Source of the DNA: a virus
Lineage: Duplodnaviria > Caudoviricetes
IMG/VR virus record: IMGVR_UViG_3300036985_002114
Span: 1 to 32,941 of that record
Reading direction: 5' to 3' (one strand)
Length of the DNA stretch: 32,941 nt
Shown here: one piece after another, positions 8,218 to 18,720 of the stretch
Layout of the letters: the number at the start of each line of letters is the position of its first letter
How positions within the stretch are numbered: position 1 is the stretch's first letter
Made by a program: the position numbers and the translations under genes
Notes under the pieces: generated by a model
Told to the model about the DNA's origin: nothing
The model's database searches: none
Seen by the model: the letters and a program-made list of their open reading frames with translations, nothing else

Positions 8218-9472
8218 ACCACACCAAAAACAACATGAATTCATGGAGGCCGTTTTTTCGGGCCAATATGAATGTCTTTTGTACGGCGGCGCCGCCGGGG
8301 GTGGAAAATCCTATGTATCATTGGCCACATTGATATTGTTGGCAAAGATTTTTCCCGGTTCCAAATCACACGTCATCCGGGAATCATTGCCGTCGTTAAA
8401 GCGGACGACCATTCCAACGTTTTTTAAACTTTGCCCCAAACCATTTGTCCGTTCATACCATCAAACCGACCATATTGTGACGTTCACCAATGGTTCGACA
8501 TTGGAATTTTTTCCCGAAAATTATGTCATGGATAAAAATTTGACCCGGTTCGATGGATTGGAAACCAATTTTTTCTTATTGGAAGAGGCCCAAGAATTAC
8601 AAAAGAAAACTTTTGAAAAATGCAAATTGCGCGTTGGCCGCCATATCATTCCTAACCAACCGCCGCGTCTTATTTTGTCGACATGCAACCCGTCGCAGAC
8701 ATGGACCAAAACAACATTTCATGAACCGTCATTCAACGGAACTTTGCCGCCCGGATATTTTTACAAACGGGCGTTAATGGTTGACAATCCATCGTTGCCG
8801 CCCGAATATTTGGCCGCCATGGATACATTGGACGAATTGACGAGGGCCGTATTTGTGAACGGGGATTGGGACGTGTTTGACGTGGAACGCCCGTTTGCCT
8901 ACGCATTCAACAAATTCAAAACGGTGAAAACCAATGTGGCCATCCATCCAACCGAACCCATCATTTTGTCATTCGATTTCAACGTGGACCCAATCACATG
9001 TATTGCCGGCCAATCATTCAACGACAAAATCCGAATCATTCGGGAATTCCGATTAAAGAATTCGGACATATACCGGTTATGTGAAACAATCCGGATTGAA
9101 TTGGGCGACCGGTTGTTCATCGTTACCGGTGACGCGTCCGGCGCCAACCGTTCGGCCATGACCAGGGGCGCCGTCAATTATTTTACAATTATTCGCGATG
9201 AATTGGATTTGCCTAAATCCGCGTTCAAGGTCCCGACCGTCAACCCATCAATCAAAAATTCGCGCGTCCTTTTGAATTCCTTGTTGGAAAAACACAAAGA
9301 CATCCAAATCGACGCGTCATGTCAATGGTTGATTCATGATTTGCAGAACGTCGAAACCACCGCCAACGGGGACATTGAAAAAACAAAGGATTCCAATTTG
9401 TCCCACCTTTTGGATTGTTTCCGATATTATTTGTGGACGTTTCACAACGACTTTGTGAAATACCGGAATTGA
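8204..9472 (+). CDS. terL: Terminase large subunit
   Basis: Walker A YGGAAGGGKS, Walker B FFLLEEAQE, motif III TCNP, nuclease motifs SFDFNVDP and HLLDCFRY. Confidence 0.95.
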   Translation: MVVFEPHQKQHEFMEAVFSGQYECLLYGGAAGGGKSYVSLATLILLAKIFPGSKSHVIRESLPSLKRTTIPTFFKLCPKPFVRSYHQTDHIVTFTNGSTLEFFPENYVMDKNLTRFDGLETNFFLLEEAQELQKKTFEKCKLRVGRHIIPNQPPRLILSTCNPSQTWTKTTFHEPSFNGTLPPGYFYKRALMVDNPSLPPEYLAAMDTLDELTRAVFVNGDWDVFDVERPFAYAFNKFKTVKTNVAIHPTEPIILSFDFNVDPITCIAGQSFNDKIRIIREFRLKNSDIYRLCETIRIELGDRLFIVTGDASGANRSAMTRGAVNYFTIIRDELDLPKSAFKVPTVNPSIKNSRVLLNSLLEKHKDIQIDASCQWLIHDLQNVETTANGDIEKTKDSNLSHLLDCFRYYLWTFHNDFVKYRN

Positions 9473-9481
9473 TTTTTGCGC

Positions 9482-9489
9482 TACATTTG
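9482..9489 (+). promoter_or_regulatory. TAnnTTTG -7 box upstream of the tail module
   Basis: TACATTTG in the 43-bp gap between terL and the chaperone gene; no well-spaced -33 element. Confidence 0.45.
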
Positions 9490-9515
9490 AGCGAATCAAA
9501 AATCAAAACACAAAA

Positions 9516-10151
9516 ATGAGTTGGTTTAAAAGAAAACGCCAAACCATTCCGTTTGTCGCGGAATCGAAACATGTGACCGGGCAAACAATACCGTTGACCC
9601 AAATATTCACCGATTCGGACGGGGTGAAATGGTTTGAATATACCAATCCACTCATGATGCCATCCAAACGGGCCATTGCCGCAGAGGTGGCCACCCGTTA
9701 CGCGGAAATGAACATGACCAAAGACCAATTGAAAACAATGGTTGACGCAATGAAGAAATCCGCCAACAATGGAAACATCGTTGAAATGTTTCATTTGTTG
9801 TCCGAAATCGAATGGCGTTTGGAATTCATTGGGGAAGAAAACACGTTAATTGAATTGGCCGCGTGTTATTACGTGCTGGATGGCGAAAACGAAACGGAAT
9901 TCAACGACGTGTTCAAAGCGACTAAAATTCAAAAGTTAAACAAAAACACCGCCGTTCGCGATTTTTTTGTCCAAAGGGCGTTGGAATCCACAATGAAATT
10001 TTCGGAACTATCGTCCAACGATATCCGCGAATTTTTGAAGGTCAGCGCCCAGGAAAACGCAAGGTTCAACCAAATTTTGCAAGCGCTCAAATCGGGAAAT
10101 ACATTGACGACATCAATTTCACCAACCAAATCATTTGTGAAAACAAAGTGA
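9516..10151 (+). CDS. Tail assembly chaperone (gpG-like), short form
   Basis: Directly upstream of the tape measure gene; has in-phase slippery heptamers and an open -1 frame. Confidence 0.65.
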   Translation: MSWFKRKRQTIPFVAESKHVTGQTIPLTQIFTDSDGVKWFEYTNPLMMPSKRAIAAEVATRYAEMNMTKDQLKTMVDAMKKSANNGNIVEMFHLLSEIEWRLEFIGEENTLIELAACYYVLDGENETEFNDVFKATKIQKLNKNTAVRDFFVQRALESTMKFSELSSNDIREFLKVSAQENARFNQILQALKSGNTLTTSISPTKSFVKTK

Positions 10152-10261
10152 CCGAAATGAAAGCGTTGGAATCGTTGTCCGTGGATGAATATTACCAAAC
10201 CATTTCGACGTTTTTCCGGATATCGGATGAACGCAATGAACAACATGAAAAAATGAAATAA
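9926..10261 (+). CDS. -1 frame extension of the tail chaperone (gpGT-like)
   Basis: The -1 frame has no stop from 9926 to TAA at 10259-10261, 2 bp before the tape measure ATG. Slippery sites T TTT TTT (9962-9968) and G GGA AAT (10094-10100). Confidence 0.7.
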   Translation, partial: NSKVKQKHRRSRFFCPKGVGIHNEIFGTIVQRYPRIFEGQRPGKRKVQPNFASAQIGKYIDDINFTNQIICENKVTEMKALESLSVDEYYQTISTFFRISDERNEQHEKMK

Positions 10262-10263
10262 GC

Positions 10264-13200
10264 ATGGCCACCGAAGTAAACAATATATTGTTCAAATTGC
10301 AAGCGGACACCGCCCAATTGCGAAGTGAATTCGCCAAATTGAACACGGGAATTCAAAGCATTCAAACCAACACCAAAGCGACCGAAACCGGTTTCAAAAG
10401 TTTGAAAAACACAATTGCCGGGGCCGCCGCCGCATTTGGTGGAATATCCGTCGCCACCGCGTCCGTTGATTTTGCCCGTGGCGCCATCAAAGCCGTGGCG
10501 GATTATGAAGCCGTCCAAATATCATTGGAAACGTTTTTGGGTTCGGCCACCGCCGCCAAAGAATTGTTTGGCGAATTGGAACAATTCAGCATAAAAACAC
10601 CGTTCACCCCGGAACAAGTTAATGACGCCGCCAAATCATTGTTGGCATTTGGTGAACCGGTTGAAGGTTTACAAACCACATTGGGACGCATTGGGGACGT
10701 CGCGTCCGCCACCGGCAAAGATTTCAATGAATTGTCCGTCATATATGGCAAAGCGCGCGTTCAAGGAACGTTGTTCGCCGAAGACATCAACCAATTGACC
10801 GAAGCCGGTGTTCCGGTCATTCAATTGTTTGCGGAACAATTAGGTGTTTCCGCCGGCGAAGTGAAAAAATTAGGTTCGGAGGGGAAAATTTCGTTTTCCA
10901 ATTTGGAAGCCGCGTTCACAACTTTGACGTCGGAGGGCGGACGGTTTTTTGGATTGACGGACAAATTGAGCCAATCAACCGCCGGACGATTGTCCACCCT
11001 GGAGGGTAATTTCACCGAATTGAAACGAAGCGTTGGGGAAGGTTTGTTGCCCGTGTTTGAATTTTTAACCGATGCGGCGTTCAAGTTGATTGCCGGATTG
11101 CAAGCCATTCCGACCATTGTCGAAGAAAACCGCCGCGCGTTTATTCTTTTAGCCGGTTCGATTGGTGTTTTGTTGACCGTTCAAAACGCCGCGTTGTTGT
11201 CCCAATTGCGTTATGAATTAGGATTCAAAAAACTTATTATTCAAGAAAATTTGTCCATTGCCATCAAAAAATTGCAAGCGTTTTGGACCGGTGCGACAAC
11301 CGTCGCCACCAATTTGTTGACCGGCGCGACAACCGCGTCATCCATTGCAACCAGGGCCGCCGCATTGGCCACAACCGCATTCAACGCCGCATTGAAAGCC
11401 AACCCGGTTGGATTAATCATTGGCGGATTGACCGCGTTGGTGTTGTTGTTTTCGGATTATTTGTTTGCGGCGGATGAAGCCGTTGAAGCCACCAACGAAT
11501 TAAGCGCCTCCCAAATTGCAGTCGCCGAAGTAAACGCAAAAGCCAACGAGCAAATCGCAAAGGAATCCGGGGAATTGACGTCGTTGTTTGCCGCGCTCAA
11601 AAAAACCAATGAAGGGAGCGCCGAAAGGAGCCGACTAATTAATGAAATTAATGGCAAATACGGAACAACTTTAAAAAACATCAAAGATGAAAAGGAATTC
11701 ATTGAACAATTGGATTTGGCCTACCAAAGTTTGATTCAACAAATCAAAACCAAAGCGCAAACCGAAGCCAAACAACAAGTGTTAACGGATTTGTATTCCA
11801 AACAAGCCAGGGCGCAACAATTGGCCGCAAATTCATATTTGGAACTATCGTCGGCCATTGCCGCCGGAAACAAAACGGCGAATGAAGTATATAAAACGTT
11901 GGTTCCGTCGCAGAAAAAAATTGTTGACGACTTAATTGCAAACAACGAGGCCGTTCGGAATCAATTGGGCGAGGCGCCATTGGCATTGTCACAAACAGCG
12001 TTGGACATTGCCGGGAATTTTGCCAACGCCGGGGCGTTAATTGACCCACTAATCGCAAACAATCCATTCGCCAAATTAAGCGAAGCGGAACAAAAATCAT
12101 TGGATGAATTAAACGCCAACCAGGAAAGCGCGTTGACCGGTTTTGATTTTTTCCTAAATCAATACGGTGAAACCCAGGAACAAATTGACGCCATAAACAA
12201 AGAATTTGTGATTGACCCGTTTGTCAACACAAAAACGAATTTGACAAAGAATCAACAAAAGGCGGCGGACGGTTTGGTCAAATCAATCAACGATTTGTCC
12301 AACACATTGGCCCGTGAAATTGCCAAACAACAATTCGAATTGAAATTCCAACCGCAATTGGCGGACGACCCGAAAACATTCGCGGAACGGATTCGTCGAA
12401 TTGAAATTGAAAGCCAAAAACAATTGGAGGCGTTCAACCTGGAGATTGATGAACGCGAGAAAGTAGCAAAGGCGGAGGGGACATTCGCCGCCAACGCCGC
12501 CAAATTTGCCCAAATAAGGGCCAACGGCGAATTGTTGATTCGCGCCGAAACCCAAAAGGCAATCACAAAGTTGACCATTGACGGCGAAAACGAACGAAAC
12601 GATTTCATCAACGAAACACAAACCGCCAACGCGGAATTGTCATTGGCCCGTCAACTTGAAGCCATCAAAGTATTGGAAAAAGAACGGTCAAAGTTGATTG
12701 ACCAATTGTCAAAAACCCGAAACGCGGACGAACGAAACGCCGTCCGGGTTCAATTGAATTCCAATTTGCAAGCAATCAAAGATTCGACAAAAAAAGCGGA
12801 AAAACTTGAATTGGACGCCATCGAAACAAAACGTGTGGCCGGTGTAAAGGGGGCCGGGGAATTCACCGAACAAGTTGACGCCATAAACGCCCAAAGCGCC
12901 GTTGACCGATACAATATTGAAAAAAAGTATGCGGACCAACGGATTGATTTGGAAAACGAGGTGACGGATGCAACGGTGGCCGCGTCGGATAAACGACAAA
13001 AGGAAATTCAAGACGCGTTGAACGAATTGGTGGACGCGACCGTGGCCGCCACCAAACAATTCATCGACGCCCAAATAACACAAACCGACGCGTTGATTGA
13101 CGCCCAACAAAAAAGGGTTGACGCCGCCCGTGACATTGCGGAAAACGGAAACGCCGAATTGTTACAATTGGAACAAAAACGTTTGGACGATTTGACCAAA

Positions 13201-13725
13201 CAACGCCAAAAATATGTCGAGGCCCAACAAGCGTTGACATTGATTGAAATTGCGGCCAATTCAGCGTTGGCAATTGCAAAGGCCGCCGCCGCCGGGAATG
13301 GAATTGCGACCGCGTTGACCGTGGCCGCCGCCGTTGTGGCATTGGCCGCCGGATTTGCCGCCGCCAGGGCGCAAGCACAAGCCGCCGCGAGTTTTGCAAC
13401 GGGTGGATATACCGGGGACGGTGGCAAATACCAACCGGCCGGAATTGTTCACAAAGGCGAATTTGTAGTGACAAAAGAAAAAACCCAAAAGTTTCGTCCG
13501 ATATTGGAGGCCATACACGCCGGACGCAATCCAATGATGACCAAAGGAATTTCCGATGGCGTTATGGCCTACCAAACCAAAACAATGGAATCCAAATTGG
13601 ACCGCATTGAACGCGCCATCAAAGGCCAACGCGGAATCGAATTGTCCATTGATGAACGTGGAATCAACGGAATCGTTTCGCGATTGCAGTACAAAGAAAA
13701 CCGAATCAAAAACGCCGCAAGATGA
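10264..13725 (+). CDS. Tail tape measure protein
   Basis: 1153 aa, Ala-rich and helical; tape-measure domain KTPF...YGKARVQG...EDINQLTEAGVP; ANPVGLIIGG hydrophobic segment; C-terminal FATGGYTGDGGKYQPAGIVHKGEFV motif. Confidence 0.93.
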   Translation: MATEVNNILFKLQADTAQLRSEFAKLNTGIQSIQTNTKATETGFKSLKNTIAGAAAAFGGISVATASVDFARGAIKAVADYEAVQISLETFLGSATAAKELFGELEQFSIKTPFTPEQVNDAAKSLLAFGEPVEGLQTTLGRIGDVASATGKDFNELSVIYGKARVQGTLFAEDINQLTEAGVPVIQLFAEQLGVSAGEVKKLGSEGKISFSNLEAAFTTLTSEGGRFFGLTDKLSQSTAGRLSTLEGNFTELKRSVGEGLLPVFEFLTDAAFKLIAGLQAIPTIVEENRRAFILLAGSIGVLLTVQNAALLSQLRYELGFKKLIIQENLSIAIKKLQAFWTGATTVATNLLTGATTASSIATRAAALATTAFNAALKANPVGLIIGGLTALVLLFSDYLFAADEAVEATNELSASQIAVAEVNAKANEQIAKESGELTSLFAALKKTNEGSAERSRLINEINGKYGTTLKNIKDEKEFIEQLDLAYQSLIQQIKTKAQTEAKQQVLTDLYSKQARAQQLAANSYLELSSAIAAGNKTANEVYKTLVPSQKKIVDDLIANNEAVRNQLGEAPLALSQTALDIAGNFANAGALIDPLIANNPFAKLSEAEQKSLDELNANQESALTGFDFFLNQYGETQEQIDAINKEFVIDPFVNTKTNLTKNQQKAADGLVKSINDLSNTLAREIAKQQFELKFQPQLADDPKTFAERIRRIEIESQKQLEAFNLEIDEREKVAKAEGTFAANAAKFAQIRANGELLIRAETQKAITKLTIDGENERNDFINETQTANAELSLARQLEAIKVLEKERSKLIDQLSKTRNADERNAVRVQLNSNLQAIKDSTKKAEKLELDAIETKRVAGVKGAGEFTEQVDAINAQSAVDRYNIEKKYADQRIDLENEVTDATVAASDKRQKEIQDALNELVDATVAATKQFIDAQITQTDALIDAQQKRVDAARDIAENGNAELLQLEQKRLDDLTKQRQKYVEAQQALTLIEIAANSALAIAKAAAAGNGIATALTVAAAVVALAAGFAAARAQAQAAASFATGGYTGDGGKYQPAGIVHKGEFVVTKEKTQKFRPILEAIHAGRNPMMTKGISDGVMAYQTKTMESKLDRIERAIKGQRGIELSIDERGINGIVSRLQYKENRIKNAAR

Positions 13726-15518
13726 AATCCCCAATCGTCATTCATTTAAACGGAACCGTCATCAATGGCCGCATTGATGGCGTTGAATCTTTTGAAATTA
13801 CGCAAAGGGAAAACGACGACGACGGCGGATTGGTGAAATCCTATTCGTCCGAATTGAAATTTTACGATGACGGATATTCGTTGATTCGCCCAATATTGGT
13901 GGACAATCCAAACGGGTTTTCCAATTCCATTGACGTTCAAATTTTTGATGAATGTTGTGGCCGGTTGGTTTTTGATGGATTAATAACGGGGGACAAAATC
14001 GATTGGTGTGAACCCGAATGTTGGATTTCGGCCAATGTAGTTGAAAAAAAACCGGGGTTGAATTGTGTTAAATCAAAACTTTTGTATGACAACCAAAACG
14101 GCTTTTTATACAACCAACAAAAAAAAATTAGGTATTGCGTGGACGTTCGGCCAAATTTTATTTTGTCCGTTCTTTTGCTGATTTACGCCATTTTGAATTT
14201 GCTGATTTACGCCGTTATTTTGCCGTTGTCATTGGTTGTCGTTGTCATTCAATCAATTGCGTTTGTCATTTGTCAAATCGTTTGCGTCATACCAGGGACG
14301 CCGTGCAATTCGGCCACATGTACCGGTGGAACATGGACCAATCCGCAAAATTCATTTTCCGAAATAACCGGTTGGTTAACTGACATGCAAAATCGTTTGA
14401 TTCAATGTCAATGGTATCATCCAACCGCGTTGGTTCGCGATTACGTCAAAAACGTTTGTGACATTTGCGGATTGGAATTTCAATCGTCAATATTGAACGA
14501 CCCGTCGTCGCCGTATTTCAATTTATTATTGTTTTCGGCGCCAATTCGCAAAGGTTACAAGCCAAGCGAAACCAACGGTTTGTTGATTTCGGAAAATTTG
14601 CCCATTGAAACATTGGACACGTTAATGACCAAATATTTGAAACCAATGTTCAACGCCAAATATTGGATTGTTGGCAACAAATTGATATTTGAACGAAAGG
14701 ATTATTTTGTTGGTTCATCCACCTGGATTGACGCCGAACAAATGTTGAACGATGGCCGAATCATTGAAAATCAAATTTGTTTTTCGTATATCGACCGCGA
14801 ACGGCCATCGTTTGGAGAATACAACTATTCGTTGGACGGAATGGATTTGACCGGCAATGAAGCGTTTGAACGTTATGATGAAATCGTTGAATGGAATCCA
14901 TTCCCAATTTCACCAACACAATCCGGTTCCATCAATTTGGTGTTGTTGTCGTCCATGGCCCGTTTTCGCGATGACGCCGCCGGTGTTGATACATTAGGCG
15001 GATTTGAATCCGGTGTTTACAACACCTTATTTGGTGGCGCCATTGCCAATTCGCGCGACCTTTTGTTGATGAACCAACACAACGCGTTCAATTACAAATT
15101 CATGATTTGGAACGCATCGTCCGGGTTGGAAAACGCCAGGGTGGAACGTAGTTATTCCAACGCGTTCACCGGCGGACCGGTTGTTGGGAATTATTTTGAA
15201 CCGGCGTTGGGTGGGGAATTAGTCATTGAAGACGTTCCGTTGAATGAAAACAAGTTATTCAACTATCCGATGTTCTTTAATGAAAACAACACGAACAATT
15301 TGTATTCGTTATTTCATTACATCGACAATCCGCGTTTGCCAGGAACAAAGATTTTCAACTTTGATTTTTCGTTTTCTTTTGATTGCGGCGAATTGGACGC
15401 CATTGATTTTTCAAAGACAATCCGAATTCGCGTTGGAAATACAATTAAATTTGGGGAAATCAAAGAATTGAAAATTGATTTCGTGAAACGGACCATTGGC
15501 GTTTCGGGAATCGTTTAA
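13722..15518 (+). CDS. Tail-tip/baseplate structural protein with an internal hydrophobic segment
   Basis: ATGA-coupled to the tape measure gene; beta-rich; about 45-aa hydrophobic run at 14157-14292. Confidence 0.65.
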   Translation: MKSPIVIHLNGTVINGRIDGVESFEITQRENDDDGGLVKSYSSELKFYDDGYSLIRPILVDNPNGFSNSIDVQIFDECCGRLVFDGLITGDKIDWCEPECWISANVVEKKPGLNCVKSKLLYDNQNGFLYNQQKKIRYCVDVRPNFILSVLLLIYAILNLLIYAVILPLSLVVVVIQSIAFVICQIVCVIPGTPCNSATCTGGTWTNPQNSFSEITGWLTDMQNRLIQCQWYHPTALVRDYVKNVCDICGLEFQSSILNDPSSPYFNLLLFSAPIRKGYKPSETNGLLISENLPIETLDTLMTKYLKPMFNAKYWIVGNKLIFERKDYFVGSSTWIDAEQMLNDGRIIENQICFSYIDRERPSFGEYNYSLDGMDLTGNEAFERYDEIVEWNPFPISPTQSGSINLVLLSSMARFRDDAAGVDTLGGFESGVYNTLFGGAIANSRDLLLMNQHNAFNYKFMIWNASSGLENARVERSYSNAFTGGPVVGNYFEPALGGELVIEDVPLNENKLFNYPMFFNENNTNNLYSLFHYIDNPRLPGTKIFNFDFSFSFDCGELDAIDFSKTIRIRVGNTIKFGEIKELKIDFVKRTIGVSGIV

Positions 15519-15528
15519 AAATACGAAC

Positions 15529-18500
15529 ATGGCCATTCATCGAATTGACATATTAAGCGGAATACAACCGGACGGACCAACAAATTTATTTGATTGTTGT
15601 GGCGTTTGCCAAACCGCTACCGTCACATTTGACAATATACATGGAACATCTTTGACCGTCACCGATTTTGTAATAACGGACGCCGGAAGTGGATTGACCG
15701 TTGTTGTGACCGCCATCAATGGAGGGGCGCCAACGTTTCCGGTCGTTGTCGCGTCGGGGGGTACTTTTACCCTGGATATTCAATTGTGTTGGGATGAATT
15801 GACGTCGCCGTTGGGAAGTTGGTCCGGATACTTTGTGACAACCCAACACGGGAATGAATTGGATTGGACGTTTGAAATGGAATGTGTTGATTGGACCGCA
15901 GTTTGGGGACCGCTTGTTGATTTTGATTTCGCTGACACCCCGGTTGGTTCAACGAATTCGCAATCCGTAACGTTGTCCAATCCAACTATTGGTCCCGTGA
16001 CCATTCATTGGGATTTTTCGGGGTGTGGAACACCGGACCCAATTCAATCACCGGACCCGGCAATTTTACCGGCGACCGGAACCGGAATTGTCACCGCCGT
16101 TTGGACACCAACCGATATTTCGGATTATATTGCATGTAGTGAGTTGGAATTTTGTGGTGTAGGAATTAGGTTATCCGGAAACGCCATGGCCGTTCCATGT
16201 GATTGTCTTTGTTGCCTCGATATCGAATTTCAAACCGACGGTGGATTTTTGACGCCGTCAAATGGTTTTTGCAGTAGTGAAACGGCGTTTGACCAATCTT
16301 CATTTTTGGACAAAAAAACAATTGTCTACAAAATGAAAACCGAAAACCCAATATATTCGGGTTGGCGTTTACAATTCAATCCATCGTTGTTTGACGATGA
16401 ATGTACCATTCCATTTGATTCCGGACCATTGCCGGTTGGATATTCAATCACATACGCGTCGTCTTTGATGGTGGACGGAACCGCGCACCAAATGACATTG
16501 TTCGGGGCGTTGTCAAACGCGCTCAATCAAAAGAATTGGGAGGTGTTTTTTCGTCCGGTCAACGCCGCCACCGGTGAATTCAATGTTGAATTGACCATGT
16601 ACATGATTCAAGATTACGAACAATTCGTGGATTCGTTGACGTTTGACAATTCAACAAAACTGAAAAGAAACACCCTTTCAAATCCAAACGACTACACCAA
16701 CGCGTTTCCATGCGTTTACAACACAATGAAAACGGCAAAAGGCGCGTTTTGGGTTATTGACCCGGCCGTCCTGGTTGGCGATTCCCCGTTCACATGTGGA
16801 ACCGTTGCATGTCCCAACATGACGTCGCGTTTTTACAACTTAGGTTTGTACAATGGCCCGTCCGAATTCACCAATCCCGTGTTCACTTTGTCGCGAACGA
16901 TTGGCAATGTGACGGATTTTTCAACACTTGAAAACACCCGTGTTCAATTCAAAATAACGGTTCCGGCCATTTACGGGGCCACAACGCCCGTCATCGTTTT
17001 CCATTTGTTTGATGAAACAATATTTGACAACACAACGGATTTTTTGACGTCGTCGGATTCCTCAAGATACCGCGTTTTGGGTTACGCCGGAACGGGCGTT
17101 TTGGACAACCATTTGGTCCGACCCGGAACGATTGCCAACATTGGTGGGGATTGGGTTGGTTCTTTGTACGTTGACAACACGGTGACGCCGTCGTCCAAAT
17201 ACCGGGTGGCCGCCATCGTTTATGGTTCAAATGGAACCATGGTCAACACGTTTTTGTCGGATGAAATCAAAGTTAAACGAACACCGGACTTGAATTGTGA
17301 TTGTACAATTGACGTGGATTCGGGGTGGAATCAATATTTCCAAACGACATTGGCGGATTGTTTTCAGCCGGTCGGCAAAGAAAGGATTGGACATCGTTTG
17401 AACGTCACCGGTGGCGACTTTGAAGCGTGTTTGACCGGTTGGGGGTTTGATTTCACCGAATGGTCGGAATCATTGGTTGGGGTTCGTTTGAACATATACA
17501 AACGCCGCGAAGATTTTCCGGTGGTTGGCCGAACAACGTTTTTTCAATACGAAACCCATTTTTCAATTCGGAACAACGCGTTTCCTGGAGGGTTTCAAAA
17601 CTTGAATGATTTGACCGTTGTGGATGGGTTGAATGTTATATTGACGTCCATCAACGACCGCCGTGTTCGTTACGACAACACATTGTTTTCGGGCGGATTG
17701 GTTCAAACGGCGTTGACGTCCGAATATATGAATCGGACAAACGCCGGGCCATTGGGTTCAACGTATGTTTCCGCGTTGGGAATTACGGATTCATGGATAA
17801 ACAATGAAGTATTTTTCGAATATATTTTCACGTTCAATTTCACGGGTTATTTGGGAACACCGTTTTTTTGGAACATTGTCAAAGCGTACAAGGTGAACGC
17901 CATTGATGTTGAACCCGGCAATGGTGGTTTTGATTCGCGTTTGTTGGATGTGATTATTGAAGGCATGGACCCCGTGACCGGTTTGTTTGTACCGGTGGAC
18001 GCGCCAATATGTTTTAGTGATTATTTGGCCATCAAATTGACGTATGAAGCCGACCGCGAAGGGAATTTCTTATTTTTCATTGAACCCGAACCGTTTGGTT
18101 CGACGGTTCTTTTGGAGAATGACGAAATCCCGTCGCCCAACCAAATGACACAATTGAATTCAAGTTTGGTTTTGAGCCAAGACACATTTTTCGACCCAAT
18201 CACATTTCGTGCGTCCGTTATATTGGACGCGCCCAATTTGGCAAATGGCAAATATCAATTTTGCGGATATATCAGTTCGCCCGAAGTTCCGGCCATTTGC
18301 GAATATTTTTTGTTTCACACCAAAAACGCCGGTTCAACTTTGATTGTTATGTCAACGCCTCAAGTGGGCGACACAATCAACGGAACGTTCAACAACGTGA
18401 CCGCCGGTCGAACATTGACCGTTCGTTCATCAAATGGTTCAACCGTTTATCCGATACCAGGGGCGACATACTATTTTGAATACATATTCAGCGTTCCAAC

Positions 18501-18702
18501 AACGCGTCCGTTGGATTTCCGATTTGGAACATTGGCCACAAGCGGACCAATTGACCAAACGGTTCCAATTGGTTCAACGACGGGTTCGTTCAACATGGTG
18601 TGGGGTAGTTCGACCGCTAATTTTTGGACGATGTTCACCGGAGCCGGAACGAACATGACCGGAACATTTGCGTTCAAAATAGGAAATCAATTATGTCCTT
18701 AA
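15529..18702 (+). CDS. Large tail/adhesion protein with N-terminal Ig-like beta-sandwich domains
   Basis: About 1057 aa, Thr/Gly/Phe/Cys-rich; DFADTPVGSTNSQSVTLSNPT resembles ASH (ASPM-SPD-2-Hydin)-type Ig folds. Confidence 0.6.
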   Translation: MAIHRIDILSGIQPDGPTNLFDCCGVCQTATVTFDNIHGTSLTVTDFVITDAGSGLTVVVTAINGGAPTFPVVVASGGTFTLDIQLCWDELTSPLGSWSGYFVTTQHGNELDWTFEMECVDWTAVWGPLVDFDFADTPVGSTNSQSVTLSNPTIGPVTIHWDFSGCGTPDPIQSPDPAILPATGTGIVTAVWTPTDISDYIACSELEFCGVGIRLSGNAMAVPCDCLCCLDIEFQTDGGFLTPSNGFCSSETAFDQSSFLDKKTIVYKMKTENPIYSGWRLQFNPSLFDDECTIPFDSGPLPVGYSITYASSLMVDGTAHQMTLFGALSNALNQKNWEVFFRPVNAATGEFNVELTMYMIQDYEQFVDSLTFDNSTKLKRNTLSNPNDYTNAFPCVYNTMKTAKGAFWVIDPAVLVGDSPFTCGTVACPNMTSRFYNLGLYNGPSEFTNPVFTLSRTIGNVTDFSTLENTRVQFKITVPAIYGATTPVIVFHLFDETIFDNTTDFLTSSDSSRYRVLGYAGTGVLDNHLVRPGTIANIGGDWVGSLYVDNTVTPSSKYRVAAIVYGSNGTMVNTFLSDEIKVKRTPDLNCDCTIDVDSGWNQYFQTTLADCFQPVGKERIGHRLNVTGGDFEACLTGWGFDFTEWSESLVGVRLNIYKRREDFPVVGRTTFFQYETHFSIRNNAFPGGFQNLNDLTVVDGLNVILTSINDRRVRYDNTLFSGGLVQTALTSEYMNRTNAGPLGSTYVSALGITDSWINNEVFFEYIFTFNFTGYLGTPFFWNIVKAYKVNAIDVEPGNGGFDSRLLDVIIEGMDPVTGLFVPVDAPICFSDYLAIKLTYEADREGNFLFFIEPEPFGSTVLLENDEIPSPNQMTQLNSSLVLSQDTFFDPITFRASVILDAPNLANGKYQFCGYISSPEVPAICEYFLFHTKNAGSTLIVMSTPQVGDTINGTFNNVTAGRTLTVRSSNGSTVYPIPGATYYFEYIFSVPTTRPLDFRFGTLATSGPIDQTVPIGSTTGSFNMVWGSSTANFWTMFTGAGTNMTGTFAFKIGNQLCP

Positions 18703-18707
18703 TATCA

Positions 18708-18715
18708 TAACTTTG
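18708..18715 (+). promoter_or_regulatory. TAnnTTTG -7 box only 5 bp before an ATG
   Basis: TAACTTTG followed by ACAAA and the ATG at 18721. Confidence 0.45.
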
Positions 18716-18720
18716 ACAAA

